Below the pieces are notes generated by a model, which was not told where the DNA came from, did not search any database, and saw only the letters and a program-made list of their open reading frames with translations. A stretch of DNA of 64,000 nt from contig JAHRHZ010000012.1 in the NCBI GenBank assembly GCA_024137785.1, forward strand, positions 66,652,324 through 66,716,323. Direction: 5' to 3'. The position numbers and the translations under genes were made by a program. This document shows, one piece after another, positions 36,206 through 49,089 of the stretch (positions are counted from its first letter, which is position 1; every line of letters starts with the position of its first letter). The stretch comes from Ginglymostoma cirratum. Taxonomy: Eukaryota.

Positions 36206-36879
36206 GACTGAAAACCTTAAAAGCATTAAAGGATTATCCGTCTTTGTGGTTAATAAAAATAAAACGTTTTTACAGCAGCTTTAATAATTAAGCAGACTTA
36301 GATCTTTCAAATGTAATTTTTCATTCCAATCTGAAATTTGTTTGATTGAGAACTCCATTAATTGTTCAACTTTCTTTTAGCTCTTGTTCAAAAACACATT
36401 TCCTGACGGCTGTTCATTATGGTGACTGGGCTACTAACAATGGAGGACATACTGGACGGTTATGAGGGGATTGGAAAACTGAAGTAGGCATTGGGAATAT
36501 GAAGGCATATTAAGGAGGCATGAACAATATGAAGAAGCATGGAGAGGCATTAAAAATATAAGGGGTTGCATGGAGGCACGATGGAGAAAGGAGGGGTAAC
36601 ATTCATCATTCTAACTGGGCAGATATCCCAGTATTTCTGCATTTCAGCCTCACCAGCTACCCACCTCAGGTGTTGCTTTGGACTTGCCTCAAGAGACAGC
36701 AAGGCTGACTCCATCGTGCTTTCACTTCCTCAACATGAAACTATTGTGCATAGGAGCCTTTTTAATGGTTTGCCAGGTCAGGACGTTTACAGAGGTGAAC
36801 TTCAATAATAAGCTGATGTATGCTAAACATGCTTTAAATATAATAATGAGATACAGATTATAAACTGGCCTCAGTAAGG

Positions 36880-37170
36880 GACACTGTATGGACAACAAAG
36901 CAATGTGTGGATCACTTATTTGAGGGTAAGACATGAGAAACTCTCCAGGAGAAATTTAATAGTCGTTTTGATTGAATCATGCAAAAGCATCTTTTACTTC
37001 CACCTAATAGAGCAGATATGGTCACAGTCTAACGTCTCACCTGAAAGATGGTACTGCCGGCAGTGCGGCACTCACTTAATACTGCCTGACGGATGAGCAC
37101 TGATTAGTTTGTCACATCGCTGGGTTTTGACCATACAATCTTCTGAATAATGTGCTTTCATTGAGCCAAG
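36880..37170 (-). mobile_element. Deu-domain SINE (AmnSINE1/SacSINE1-like)
   Basis: Minus strand reads GAGTGCCGCACTGCCGGCAGTACCATCTTTCAGGTGAGACGTTAGACTG..TCTGCTC..AGGTGGAAGTAAAAGAT, resembling the Deu core GTGCTGCACTGTCGGAGGTGCCGTCTTTCGGATGAGACGTTAAACCG. Confidence 0.7.
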
Positions 37171-38850
37171 GCCAACACAGGCAGGATAGGGTATTACAAT
37201 GTTAAAAGGCATTTCGGGCAGTATAGAAGGTAATTAGGACCCAATTGGGTCAACTGGCATCAAAAGATAAGCTCCACCATTTGGATTCAAGGGCAGCTCC
37301 TGGGAGGAGCTAACAACTGCCCTAGAAATTTTTTCACAGAGTTTCTAGAATAAAATGCTTAGTTCAAAGGCACTTGGGTTGGTGCTCTGGTCAGAAATCT
37401 TATTTTTTTTTTAAACTTCCCTTACTTGAGGTCTGCACAGCTCCTTCACTTCACTAATTCTGCCTTCACCCACCCACACACATACTCCGAACAGGCAAGT
37501 CCAACAAAGAAGAGACAAAGAGATGGACTCATGACCGATCTGCGACAATTTTGCCATGGGCTCATTACTGTAGTTCAATTTGCAGTAATCTAATAGTTTA
37601 TTTTGTATTCTTTAGCTTTACATTAATCTAAGTGACGAGCATGAATTTTTATTTGTCTCATTGATCTTTGCATTGATTGGCATGGCTAAGGACGTAGATA
37701 GATTACAACATTATTCACATGTCTAAAGGCTGTTCACTTGAGGGGTATTTCTATATTAAGCTGTTTTACCCATCATTCACTGGTTCTTTCCATCTATTTG
37801 TTCAGTACTTTGAGAATGGTAGTAGTAGAACCAATACAAACGTTCATTATTATGCAAATCATCATACTCAAATTTGGATTTTTCAAAAGTCAATCAAAAC
37901 ATAGAATTTTTATCTTCAATCATCCTCATTTATATCAGAAGTTACGTCTTGGGCCAGCTACAGTTAAATGCAAGTTCCTACCACTTCCTGCATTTTGACA
38001 CACAGAGGACAAACAGTTAATTCTTAGCATCTCATTAGCAGATAAAAGAGGCATAATGCTAAAAAACTAACATAATGCATGAATCTCTCTTCTATCACAC
38101 CAAAAACTGCACATGAGGATAAATTAGTGGGAACACTATTTCCTTTATATTAAATATTCAGAGCAGAGTTGGCAGCTAGACTTCCTGCTATGTCCATGTT
38201 CAGCTGATTTTTACAGCAGTAATTTATGACTTCTGCTAAATCTAATGACACATTGGATAATAATAGAATACTGAATTTTAATTACAGTATGCAAATAAGC
38301 TAAGCAAAAAATAACCAGCCCATCTTCTAATGAAGAAAGACAATTAAACGTGACAGGCCTTTAGAATTGGAGTGATCTGTTTGCATTGAACTTTGACATA
38401 AAGCATATTAAAATTGAACACCAACTCAACCAGGAAGATGTCATAACAAAAAACAAAAAGATTGACAGAAAGAAAAATACTTTTAAAATAGTTTTGAATG
38501 TACTAGTTCTATTTACTATTAGCAGGTTAATTGCATTCATTGCCTTGGAATTATCTTGATATTCAGTTATTGAGAATTAAATTAAGTATTTGCCTTGCTC
38601 AGTCATATTTTGAACTTGTCTATAATTGTAACATTGAGTAATTCTAGGTGGAAAATAGGAGACTTGCCAATAAAGCTAGTTTGTTTCCCTGATTCAATGA
38701 ACCATTACATACCGCGAGCCTGAGCCCTGTAGCTAAGGCCTGCAGTTAGTTATCAGTTTGGAATCTTAGATTATCCAGAGTTGGCCGACCTCAGCCAGAG
38801 TCCCAAAAAATTCTGTCCAATTAAACCTGGATTAGGGAAGGGAAAATTCA

Positions 38851-39399
38851 GAGATAGCAGGAACTGCAGATGCTGGAGAATCTGAGATAACAAGGNNNNN
38901 NNNNNNNNNNNNNNNNNNNNNNNNNNNNNNNNNNNNNNNNNNNNNNNNNNNNNNNNNNNNNNNNNNNNNNNNNNNNNNNNNNNNNNNNNNNNNNNNNNNN
39001 NNNNNNNNNNNNNNNNNNNNNNNNNNNNNNNNNNNNNNNNNNNNNNNNNNNNNNNNNNNNNNNNNNNNNNNNNNNNNNNNNNNNNNNNNNNNNNNNNNNN
39101 NNNNNNNNNNNNNNNNNNNNNNNNNNNNNNNNNNNNNNNNNNNNNNNNNNNNNNNNNNNNNNNNNNNNNNNNNNNNNNNNNNNNNNNNNNNNNNNNNNNN
39201 NNNNNNNNNNNNNNNNNNNNNNNNNNNNNNNNNNNNNNNNNNNNNNNNNNNNNNNNNNNNNNNNNNNNNNNNNNNNNNNNNNNNNNNNNNNNNNNGACCC
39301 TTCTTCTGAAGAAGGGTCTAGGCCCGAAACGTCAGCCTTCCTGCTCCTCTGATGCTGCTTGGCCTGCTGTGTTCATCCAGCTCCACACCTTGTTATCTC
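38851..39399. mobile_element. Family-A foldback Penelope element with 13-bp TSD, spanning an assembly gap (38896-39295)
   Basis: The left end GAGATAGCAGGAACTGCAGATGCTGGAGAATCTGAGATAACAAGG is inverted to the right end CCTTGTTATCTC. AAGGGAAAATTCA occurs at 38838-38850 and 39400-39412. Confidence 0.85.
39306..39333 (+). ncRNA. Minimal hammerhead ribozyme motif
   Basis: CTGAAGA-AGGGTCTAGGCCC-GAAA-CGTC. Confidence 0.6.
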
Positions 39400-40179
39400 A
39401 AGGGAAAATTCAACAGTGTTACTCTCTAATTCCAATTGGAAATTGCATATACAAGGCTTTTTGGATGAAAACAAGATCAGGCTCAAAAGTGAGGTACCAG
39501 TTTTAATCACGATAATAAAATAATCAGTATAGTAAAGTCACTGGTTGGCATGAAGTAATCTCTGGAACAATCCAGGGCAGATGTCATCATTTTTACTTGG
39601 ACCATTAAATGCACATCACATTTTCAAGCATTAGGCTGATGTGGTGGCAAAATCTTAATATTTGTGAAATAAAAAAAGAGTATGTCAAGCCAATAATTAT
39701 AAAACTCTCTCAAACAAAATGCAATGTGTGCATACAAGTTCTTCCTTAAATAATTCAGCTATTTTCCAATATTTCTTTATGTGACCTCTGCAGACATAAA
39801 CAAATGAGTTTCTTTAGATTGACACAACAGGTAATTGACATTCAACATTGCTGTGTGTTAGGATGTTAAATCAGTCCAAGTAGGCTATTTACTTTACAAA
39901 AGAAACTTCCAAATGATGTATTTCAAGTTTTCAACGTCATAGACAGAATTAACAAATATGGATCAGACAAGTTGTGCACTATTGTGAAAGGTTCAATTGC
40001 TCAAAATCATAATGAGGCTCAAAATAATAATAGAAAATGTTAGAAGAGATTTGAAGGAGATTTTTAACCTCAATTCCATTACCATTGTGGAATAAGTTAT
40101 TCTACAAGGCTATAGAACAGACAATATACAAATAAACTCAAGGTAAATGAATTCCTGAAGACATATGGGATTGAGAAAA

Positions 40180-41300
40180 TTGCTGAGAAGGCTAAAATTG
40201 TTTATTTAGACAAGAGGCAAGCATGTAAGGGATTCCTGCATTCTAAGGTACTTCCATATTCAGCAACTTATCCTACCAGAAGATGCCCAATATTTGCCTG
40301 AGGCAGTAGAGGTAGAAGCTGTTTCGGCAACCTTCCTGGCTTTCATAAGTTGTCCACGTTTCACAGCTGTAAAGTAGGTTACAGAGAACACAAGTTTGAT
40401 GCACATAGAACTTTGCAGGTTAAGTTAGTTTGTACTTGGTCCACACGTGATTTCCCAACCCTGGCATGACATCTGTGGCCTTGGCAACCCTGGTGCTGAT
40501 TTTGCCACTAAGACGCTGGTTATTTGTAATGCTTGATCTAAAGTATGCGAAGCTGTCGATGGCGTCCAGGATGAGGTTATCTATGCTGATGTAAGGTGGA
40601 GATTCTACGTTCTGGCTCGGAACATTAGTCGTCCTGAAACAGATTGCCAGTCCAAATCCCTTGCAGGCCCAGGATAAGCTACCTACAATTTGTTGCAAAC
40701 GATCTTCAGCGTATGATGATAGTGCAGCATCATCAGCATACAGCAAATCTCAGGCTAGAACATTACGGACTTCAGCCTTGTTTTCCAACAGCCCCATTTG
40801 ATGTTGTCAAAACTCACTCAAAAATCGCCAAGACACAGCCTTGCTTTAACCCATAGCCAATCTTAAAAGTGTCTGATGTTACTCTGTTATAACTGATGAT
40901 ATCGCATGGAAAGAGGAAATGTTGCTCAGGTTTCCAAGCAGGAAGTTTAATTTTCAAGGAAAGGATCCTGTTGGGAATCAACTATGTTGTAGCATTCGGC
41001 TGGAAACAACCTGATGGATAACAGGTTACTACCTCTGAGACTCCACTCCAGATTTCTTGTCAGGGTTTATTCTCTTAGCATTCTTCCCTCCCTAAAGTCA
41101 GTGGGATTAGACACCCATAGCTAGAAATCTCATTTGTGGATATCATGGCATAACCACATGCATTTGGAGATGTAGGGGGCTGCTCGTACAGGGCAAAGCC
41201 TCCTGAGGGACCCGTGGTTGAGACTGGCTCCATGAGGTTTCCAGTTTACGTAAGTCACAGTGGAGAGGTCTCTCCAGTTTGATTGACAGGATATGTACAG
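40180..41300 (-). mobile_element. RTE-clade (BovB-like) LINE relic
   Basis: LYADDAAL..RLQQIV..ACKGFGLAI..F.Y.GS.I is an RTE-type RT domain. Upstream, GVKQGCVLAIF is encoded at ~40820-40855. Confidence 0.75.
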
Positions 41301-42304
41301 ATGGGAAAGGCTGATGCTCTCAGCTTGCTTTTCACAATCCTGCTAGCCAGAAATTTGAAAGCAAGAAGTAACAGCCAGACTAATCACTGCACACCATATT
41401 GACGCGCTTAATGCAACACTTCAACCAGAGGTATACACCAGGACTTCTATTAAAGCCAGTTATGCTATTAATAACTTTTCTATAACATTACAAACTGGCT
41501 TCAAAGCGACAGAAAATAAGGCCAAACGCTTCCAGACCTCAGTGCATTCCAATGGGTTGTGTGGATAAAAATCATCATCCCCAAATCCTGATCCTGCTTC
41601 GGAATCAACTCGCTACCCTTCCCTCAACCAGCAGCACTGAGGAGAAGTAGCTCGCTTAATTCCAGAGTACACGCGCTGCTTAGGAGATCTATCAACTCTC
41701 CATCTTAAATCTCCTACAGGAAAGATGATTCCAACAAACAGAAACAAATATCTATATATTTTTCAGTGATGGAGAGAACACTATAGAGAAAGAAAAAAGT
41801 GGAAAGATATCTCAAAGTTTCATTGTTCCACTGCGGATAAATCTACTAAAAGATTTGTAACTATTTCCTAAACTCATCTTAATTTTGCTATACGTAAAGG
41901 ATCAAACGATTATAGAGAGGCGAGTAAATGGAATCAAGGCAAAGATCAGTCATGATCTGACTGAACAGTCTAAGGGGTGAAATGGTCTGTTCCCGTTCCA
42001 GCTGTCAGAAAGCCTAAACAGCTAAGCTTGTGTCATCAGCTGAAAAAGAAATCATATGTCGGCACCATAACCATCATATGCTGACTTCAAAGAAATCAAG
42101 AGGGGGGATATAAAGGCCAGCATCCAATTCCACCAAGCACTTCTTTCAGATTGAACTTTTTAAAAACAGAGACAAATATATGGTGAGGCATAGTTCCTGT
42201 AAATTCTGTTTCAGTAAACTCAGTTTCAGCTGGTTTACAACATGTTAAATGTTTTGTATTTTGCATTCACTTCCTGTTTGCTGTCACACCATGATGTTGG
42301 AGTG

Positions 42305-45300
42305 ACATAGAAAGATAGATCATTGAAACAGTCGTACGCCATTCAGTGCTTCAAGCCTGCTCTGCCATTCAATCTGATCATGGCTGATCATCCAACCGAC
42401 TACCCTATTCCTGCTCTCATCCTGTACGCTATCTATCTCCTTCTTGAAAACATTCAGTGCTTTGGTCTCAACTGCTCTCTGTGGCAAAGAATTCCCGGGC
42501 TCATCACTTTCTGGGTGAAGGAATTCCTCATCTTAATTTTAAATGCCACACCCTGTTTCCTCAGACTGTGACTGTTTCAGGGTTCCCCAATCAAAGGAAC
42601 ATCCTTCCTGCATTTGCCCTTTCTAAAAGGGCTAGGCATGTATAGGTTTCCATGAGATCATTCATCTAAATTTCCCTGAATATAGTCCTAAGTGATCTAG
42701 TTTCTCTTTATACGTCAGTCCTGTCATCCTAGGAATCAGTCTGGTAAAACTTCTTTGTAAGCTCTCAAGAGTCAGAACATCCTTTTTCAGACAAGATGAC
42801 CAAAACCCCACACACTGCTGGAAGCGTGGCCTCACTAAGGCACTGTACAATTCCAGCAAGACATCTCAGCTCCTATCCTCAAATCCTCTCATTATGAAGG
42901 TCGACATACCCATTCAATTATACATCATTGCTGCACCTGCATGCTTATTTTCACCGATGGCTGTAGAAGACACCCAAGTCTCATTGCACCTCCACCTTTT
43001 TTCAATTTATCGCTATTCGGATAATAATCCACTTTCCTGCTTCTGCTACCAAAATGGATACCCTCACGTTTATCCACCATATATATCACATATATAACCA
43101 CATCATATGCCATGCATTTGCCCACTCACTCAACTTGACCAAAACACATTGAAGCATCTCTGCACCCTCCTCACAGTTCATCCTCCCATCCAACTTTATA
43201 TTGTCTGCAAACTTTGAGATTTTACATTTAGATCCCTCATCTAAATCATTAATATATATTATGAATATATATATTAAATTCTCAAGGGTCCAAGCTCTGA
43301 TGCCTGTGCTACCCCACTTGTCACTGGTTACCATTCAGGAAATAATCCATTTTCTCCTACTCTTTGTTTCTTGTCTGGCAACCAGTTCTCTTTCGATGTC
43401 AGTACACTACCCTCAATCCCACGTGCTTTCATTTTACATGCTAATCGCTTGTCTGGGACATTATTAAATGCCTACTCAAAATCCAATTAAGCCACATCCA
43501 CTTGTTCCCCTTTATTAACTTTACTTCTTGTGTCCACAAAAGATTTCAATAAATTTGTCAAGCATGATTGCCTTTTCATAAATTTGTGCTGACTCTGTCC
43601 AATCATGTCACCATTTTTGAAGTGTTCTGCTATTAACTCTTTTGTGATTGATAGTAGGGAAAATACTCAAGTTAATGTCAGGATGACTGGTTGATAATTC
43701 CCTGCTTTCTGTCAACTCCCTGTTGGAGCTGCCCATGACTGAAGGTAACATAAAATGGCCGATTATGGCTTTCAGCTAACATAAAATGGCTGAGAGCAGC
43801 AGTTTGCACAGTCAGAATCATGATCTTCACACAGATAGTAACCAGATAAGATAGTAAAATGCATCATGGGAATTTTAGTAAGAAGGAGCAGAGGAATGTA
43901 GGCAGCATAGATGAGGCAAAAGTCGACTCACATTAGTTAAGACCATTTAGGTAATTATAATTACATATACGTGTATGCATGTATACATTCGTGCAATAAT
44001 ATTAGCTGCTTCAGTTCTGGTGTATTAGACATTGAGAAATTTAATTAGATTCCTGTGGGGAATCAGCTCTAGGCACATAAACTGTCTTGATAAGACGTAC
44101 CCTTGAAAAACCTAGACAGGAGGCCTCTGGTACCAATGAGTCCAACGAGTTGTTATTTAATAAAGTGTAGAAAGAAAAGTCTGATCTCACAATAATCAAG
44201 ACTTTTAGGCAATTGCCACTACACAAGATATAAACCTGTATGGGTATGTTGAAATTATAAATGCAACTGACAAACAAACATCAGGGGATTTAATTCAATT
44301 CCTATGGACAGGCAACCTTAAACAGGAGGGAGAAACCCCAATCTTGCTGGAGGGAGGACTGAACACTGTCAGTGTCAGAATGTGCCTGATAGCAGGGAGG
44401 ATTGAATAGTGAGTGCAAATGTCAGTATTGGGACGTGGTTGAATAAGATATATTGTGAATGCCCAAGGACTGGTGTTAAGGAACATCATGAGAAGACCTA
44501 GACTTGTCCATAGGGTTGCCCATTATTGATCATTCAGTCACAGGATTGGATGTGTTTGTTAGAAGGGAGGTACAAGCAGTGATATCAATGTTACACGTAA
44601 TCTTTGTAATGCAGAATTTATAAAAATCCTGTATTTGATTGGGAGGGTCAGAGTGACTTGGAGACAGCCTCAGAGACCTCTCCCATGCTGCACTGGTAAG
44701 GAGCTCTGCATAAAAATTGTTTTGTGCTGTGAATATGGGGCTCAAGAATCCTCATTGAAATCTCTCCCCAATATCCCTTTTTAAATCGTGTGAATTACAT
44801 TAGCTACCCTCCAATCCATAGGAACTGTTCCAGAATCTATACAATCTTGAAAGACAACAACCAATGCATTCACTATTTCTTGGGCCACTTCCTTGAGTAT
44901 TCCGGGATGTGACCAAAAGGATTTGTTGGCCTTTAATCCCAGCAATTTCTCCACACTTCTTCCCTATTAATATTGATTTCCTCAGTTCCTCCCCTCTTAT
45001 GACACGGTGTTCTCTATATATTTTTGGGATGTTATTTGTGACCTCCTTTGTGAAGGCAGAATCAAAATATGCATTTAATTGGTCTTGCAACTCTTTGTTC
45101 CCTATTATAACTGCCCTGTTTCAGATTGCAAGGGACATATATTTGTCTTCACTAATCTTTTTCTCTTCACATACACACTGATTGTAAGAGCTTCCACAGG
45201 TGATTCCCCGCAATCTTACTCTCGTATTCTATCTTTCCCTTCCTAATCAATTCCTTTTCCTCCTTTGCTGAAATCTAAGCTGCTCCTAGTCCTCAGGTCT

Positions 45301-45420
45301 ACTGCTCTTTTTGGCCACTTTACGTGCATTTTACTTGGATCTAACATTATATTTAATTTCCTTTGTTAGCCAGGGCTGACCACATTTCCTTTTTTTTTTT
45401 GCCAGACAAGAATTAACAAT
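42305..45420 (-). mobile_element. CR1 LINE ORF2 relic split by a solo LTR
   Basis: Fragments LYSALVRPRF..QRSFTRLIPRM, IYINDLDEG..ISKFADNIKL and LNAYFDSAFTKE. Resumes after 44777. Confidence 0.8.
43721..44773 (+). mobile_element. Solo LTR (~1.05 kb) with 4-bp TSD
   Basis: Ends TGTTGG...CCAATA (one mismatch from CCAACA), with TCCC at 43717-43720 and 44774-44777. TATAAAAA lies at ~44619. It is inserted within a CR1 copy. Confidence 0.65.
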
Positions 45421-46483
45421 TGCTGCAGTTCTTCTTTCAGTAACATTTCTCATAGCCATCCCATACCTCATTCATCTCCAATTCACACATGATGGGGCAC
45501 TGGGGCTGACATTAGGAGCTCTGAAAAGTTGTTTTTCAGTTTCATTGCGATTTTTATTGGGATTCTCCTGCTCCTTCCCACTGCCAAACTAACTACATTG
45601 TTTTTTTAAATGCTACAACCCCGTCTTAGGGCCTCTGTCTCTCAGACTCATTTCATCCTCTTTGCAGGACCCCAGTCAGCCCTGGATTAATCTTCCAGGT
45701 TGTCCATATAGTCAGGCATCATAAACTAGTACATTAAATTTTCAAATGCTATCGATGCCTCTAGTACCTTTACTACTTGAGGATGAGGGAAGGGAAATCA
45801 AAGATGATAAATAACATGCATGAATGAACACGATGGAATTGAAGGCATAGATAGTAGGATTAGCCAGTGAGTGAAAGGTTACACTATTATGCAGAGGATT
45901 TGAATTTTAAGACAGAGACAGCAATAGGTGGAGAGTAATACAATGCTGAAGGGCTGCAGGACAAGGAGCAAAGAGTTAAAGGTTCAAAAACAATATAAAC
46001 AATATTCACGAATAGGAAGTTAATGTAACTAGCTCGAACATGCAGGATGTCAAGAATGATGTAAAAAGTGGAAAGGGCAGCAGAAGTTTTTGGAGTTCCC
46101 CCTTTCTCACGAAGCTATCTATCCATTTCGGGCAAAAAGGAAGAAAGAAACACGCGGGAAATAGAAAACTCAGAGATGTGAGGAGAGAATCAACACCAAG
46201 TCACAGACAATATTTCCATTTATAATGAGAAATGCCACTGGAGGTTTACAAATGTTATATTAACACATAACCCGAGTTATGAATTTACTCGGCAGCACTG
46301 TGTCTTATTGCAATATATCAATACGCTAGTGTGCTACATATTTCAGCAAAAAACAAGTTACCATTGACAGATCTCTACTTCTTTTTGCCAAAGGTCAAAT
46401 CTTAGAATATGATTCTAAATTCCACTTACTGATTCACAAATCTGATCTTACACAACATAATAAAGAAATCCATCAAAAGTGAT

Positions 46484-46705
46484 AAACAGAAATTGCTGGA
46501 AAAGCTTAATAGGTTTGGCGGCATCTGTGGACAGAAAGCAGAGTTAACGTTTCGGGGCCAATGACCCTTCTTTGGAATTAGAGGTGTTCCAAAGGAGGGT
46601 CACTGAAACAGAGATGTCATCTCGGCTTTCTCTCCACAGATACTGCCGGACCTGAGTTTTTCCAGTAACTTCTGTTTTTGTTTCTGATTTCTAACATCTG
46701 CTGTC
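46484..46705. mobile_element. Family-C foldback Penelope pLTR element
   Basis: AACAGAAATTGCTGGAAAAGC..GCATCTGTGG is inverted against CCACAGATAC..TTTTCCAGTAACTTCTGTT. Confidence 0.75.
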
Positions 46706-48730
46706 CTTTGTTCTTTTCTCTATTACAAATGATACTTCCTTGACTAACCACAATTACAAAATTGCAAGAACAAGAAGGTGAAACCTTTCTTGATAGTACG
46801 CAAATAGCTTTGTAACTGGCTACAGGGGTATCGCAAGAATAACTCACCATGACTCAATAGCATTTTAAACATTTCCAATCCAGAATAAAATTTGCACTTC
46901 GCATGGGTTAGGAATGGGAGCACCAGAAGCAATGTTAGTACCCACAGCATTCAACTTACAATATTAAAAACTGCAGGTGTTTACACTAGTTTCAGTTGTG
47001 GCATTCCTACAGTCAAGATATGGAATGTTTTAATTTAAAATAATCAAGTTTTGAAAGCAGGGTTGAAGAGGGACAGCAAAATATGATAAATCTATGTACA
47101 TGGTCCAATATTCATTTTGAGGTGAAAATAATAGAATAGAAAAAAATGACCAAACCACTCCCAATACATTGTAAGTTACAGTACCATCATACCTTTACTC
47201 ATGCAGATGTTCAAGAACAGAATTCAATTCATTGTTGAGGCATTGCTGTAGAAACCTTAGCATGTTGCTTTATTTTACATAATCTTGGAAAGGCTGATCT
47301 TAACACTCAAATGGAAAAAATGGGAAACATTATACACCACTTTATGTTAGTGTATAACACCTTATGTTGACGTGCAATACTTTTGCACATGCATCTAAAG
47401 AAGTTGCAGCTGAACTCCAAAATCAGAGCAAACAGAACTCGCTGAAACCAGGTTACATAAGACTCTTTTCAGTTGGTCATTTCAAAACTACTTGCCTTGA
47501 CATTGTATGGAATAATTCCAATGCAGTGAAAATCAACTAGAATTTGTGGGCACTTTCTAATGAAACCAAAACCTTACACACTTCCAAAGACCAAAAATTA
47601 CTCTGTGGTTGCAAATTCCAATACCAATGTATCTGAGGCTTTATTTTTGAATAAAAATTGTGGTTTACCACCAATATATCTCAGATCCTGCTCATCTTTC
47701 CTTTTCACTTTATATCTCCTGCCACAAATCGGCAGTGGGCTAAAACAGGAAATTCAGTAAGCTCAATAAATCCTGAATTAAATCTTAAATTATCATAAAT
47801 TATTTACCACAAAAACACAATAAACTAAAAAATCTCAAATTTTGATCTGAATTTATTACACAAATGATCAACACAACTGATACAACTATCAGACAGCAAC
47901 TGATACAACCTCTAATTAATTTGATTTAGTTCAACATTAATATCTAATGTAGTTTAATATCTTAACGTAGGCCAATTTATAAATAGATTGCAACTTTAGT
48001 TATTAAGCTAAACCTTTATCAATTACTTTGAAACATATTGTATTTCTATTTATTTTGCTTTGGAATATTAAACCACCTCTTCCAGGCACTTCAAATATTT
48101 TCCCAAATGTTAACCTCTAATGAAATTATACAACTGCCATTTGAACAAACCCTTCTTTCTCACGTTCTAAAAAAAATTACAAAAATTACAATGTACCTAA
48201 TCTTTCAAATTCGAAAAACTTTCAGTTGAACACAAACTGAACCAATTATACCATTTATCTGATATTTTAAGAATGCATTACAGTAACTTGTCAATTCTAT
48301 TTCCATAGCATAACAAGACAATCGCAAGCTTTGCAACATTATGAGGAGTTAGACTTGGTGTAAAAGCTTGACTTTGGCTACATATTCCACAAGATCAAAA
48401 TTTAGCCAAAAAGACATTTGTAATTTGTAGCTATTCAATTATTAACCATCGGACAAAAGTAATACGTAAAACATCCCAAAATATTTTACACGGTACAATG
48501 TATCTGAATGTAAATAGAATGGCAGTGCCTTACATTTTGTGTGTTAATTTTTGAGAAAAATTACTAAATAAAATTATCCACTACCATAATATTTAAAACA
48601 GGTATCATCCCAGTTCACAATAACTCTGAGACTCTAGGTACTTAATACTGTTGCCACATAAAATGGAATTGTTAAAACTTTTCTCAATCAATAAAGCTTC
48701 ACTTTTGAGTAACCAGACACATTAAAGATA

Positions 48731-48831
48731 TTATATATAACACAGTATGGAGCTGGAGGAACACAGCAGGCCAGGCAGCATCAGAGGAGCAAGAAAGTTG
48801 ACGTTTCACGTCAGGACCCTTTTTCAGAAAC
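48731..48831 (-). mobile_element. Family-A pLTR remnant with 13-bp TSD
   Basis: CACATTAAAGATA at 48718-48730 and 48832-48844 flanks GGAGCTGGAGGAACACAGCAGGCC..GACCCTTTTTCAGAAA. Confidence 0.8.
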
Positions 48832-49089
48832 CACATTAAAGATAGTAAGTTTATTTGCTTTAGTAAGTTGTGGCAACATTTCACCAATATTCGGTGTGTG
48901 GCAGCGAGATCTCTTTGAAATTTTATTAAGGTCCTTTGGATCTATGCATACACAGTTTTCCAGATTTTTTTCCCCAATATTCCCAAGTTTTTAAGCAGTC
49001 CTTGGGAGATGCCATTTTGTTGCTCATTCCTTCTTTTTCAACTCTTCTCTCATCTTACAAGCTGGACTTGAGGGCCGCTACAACTCCCT

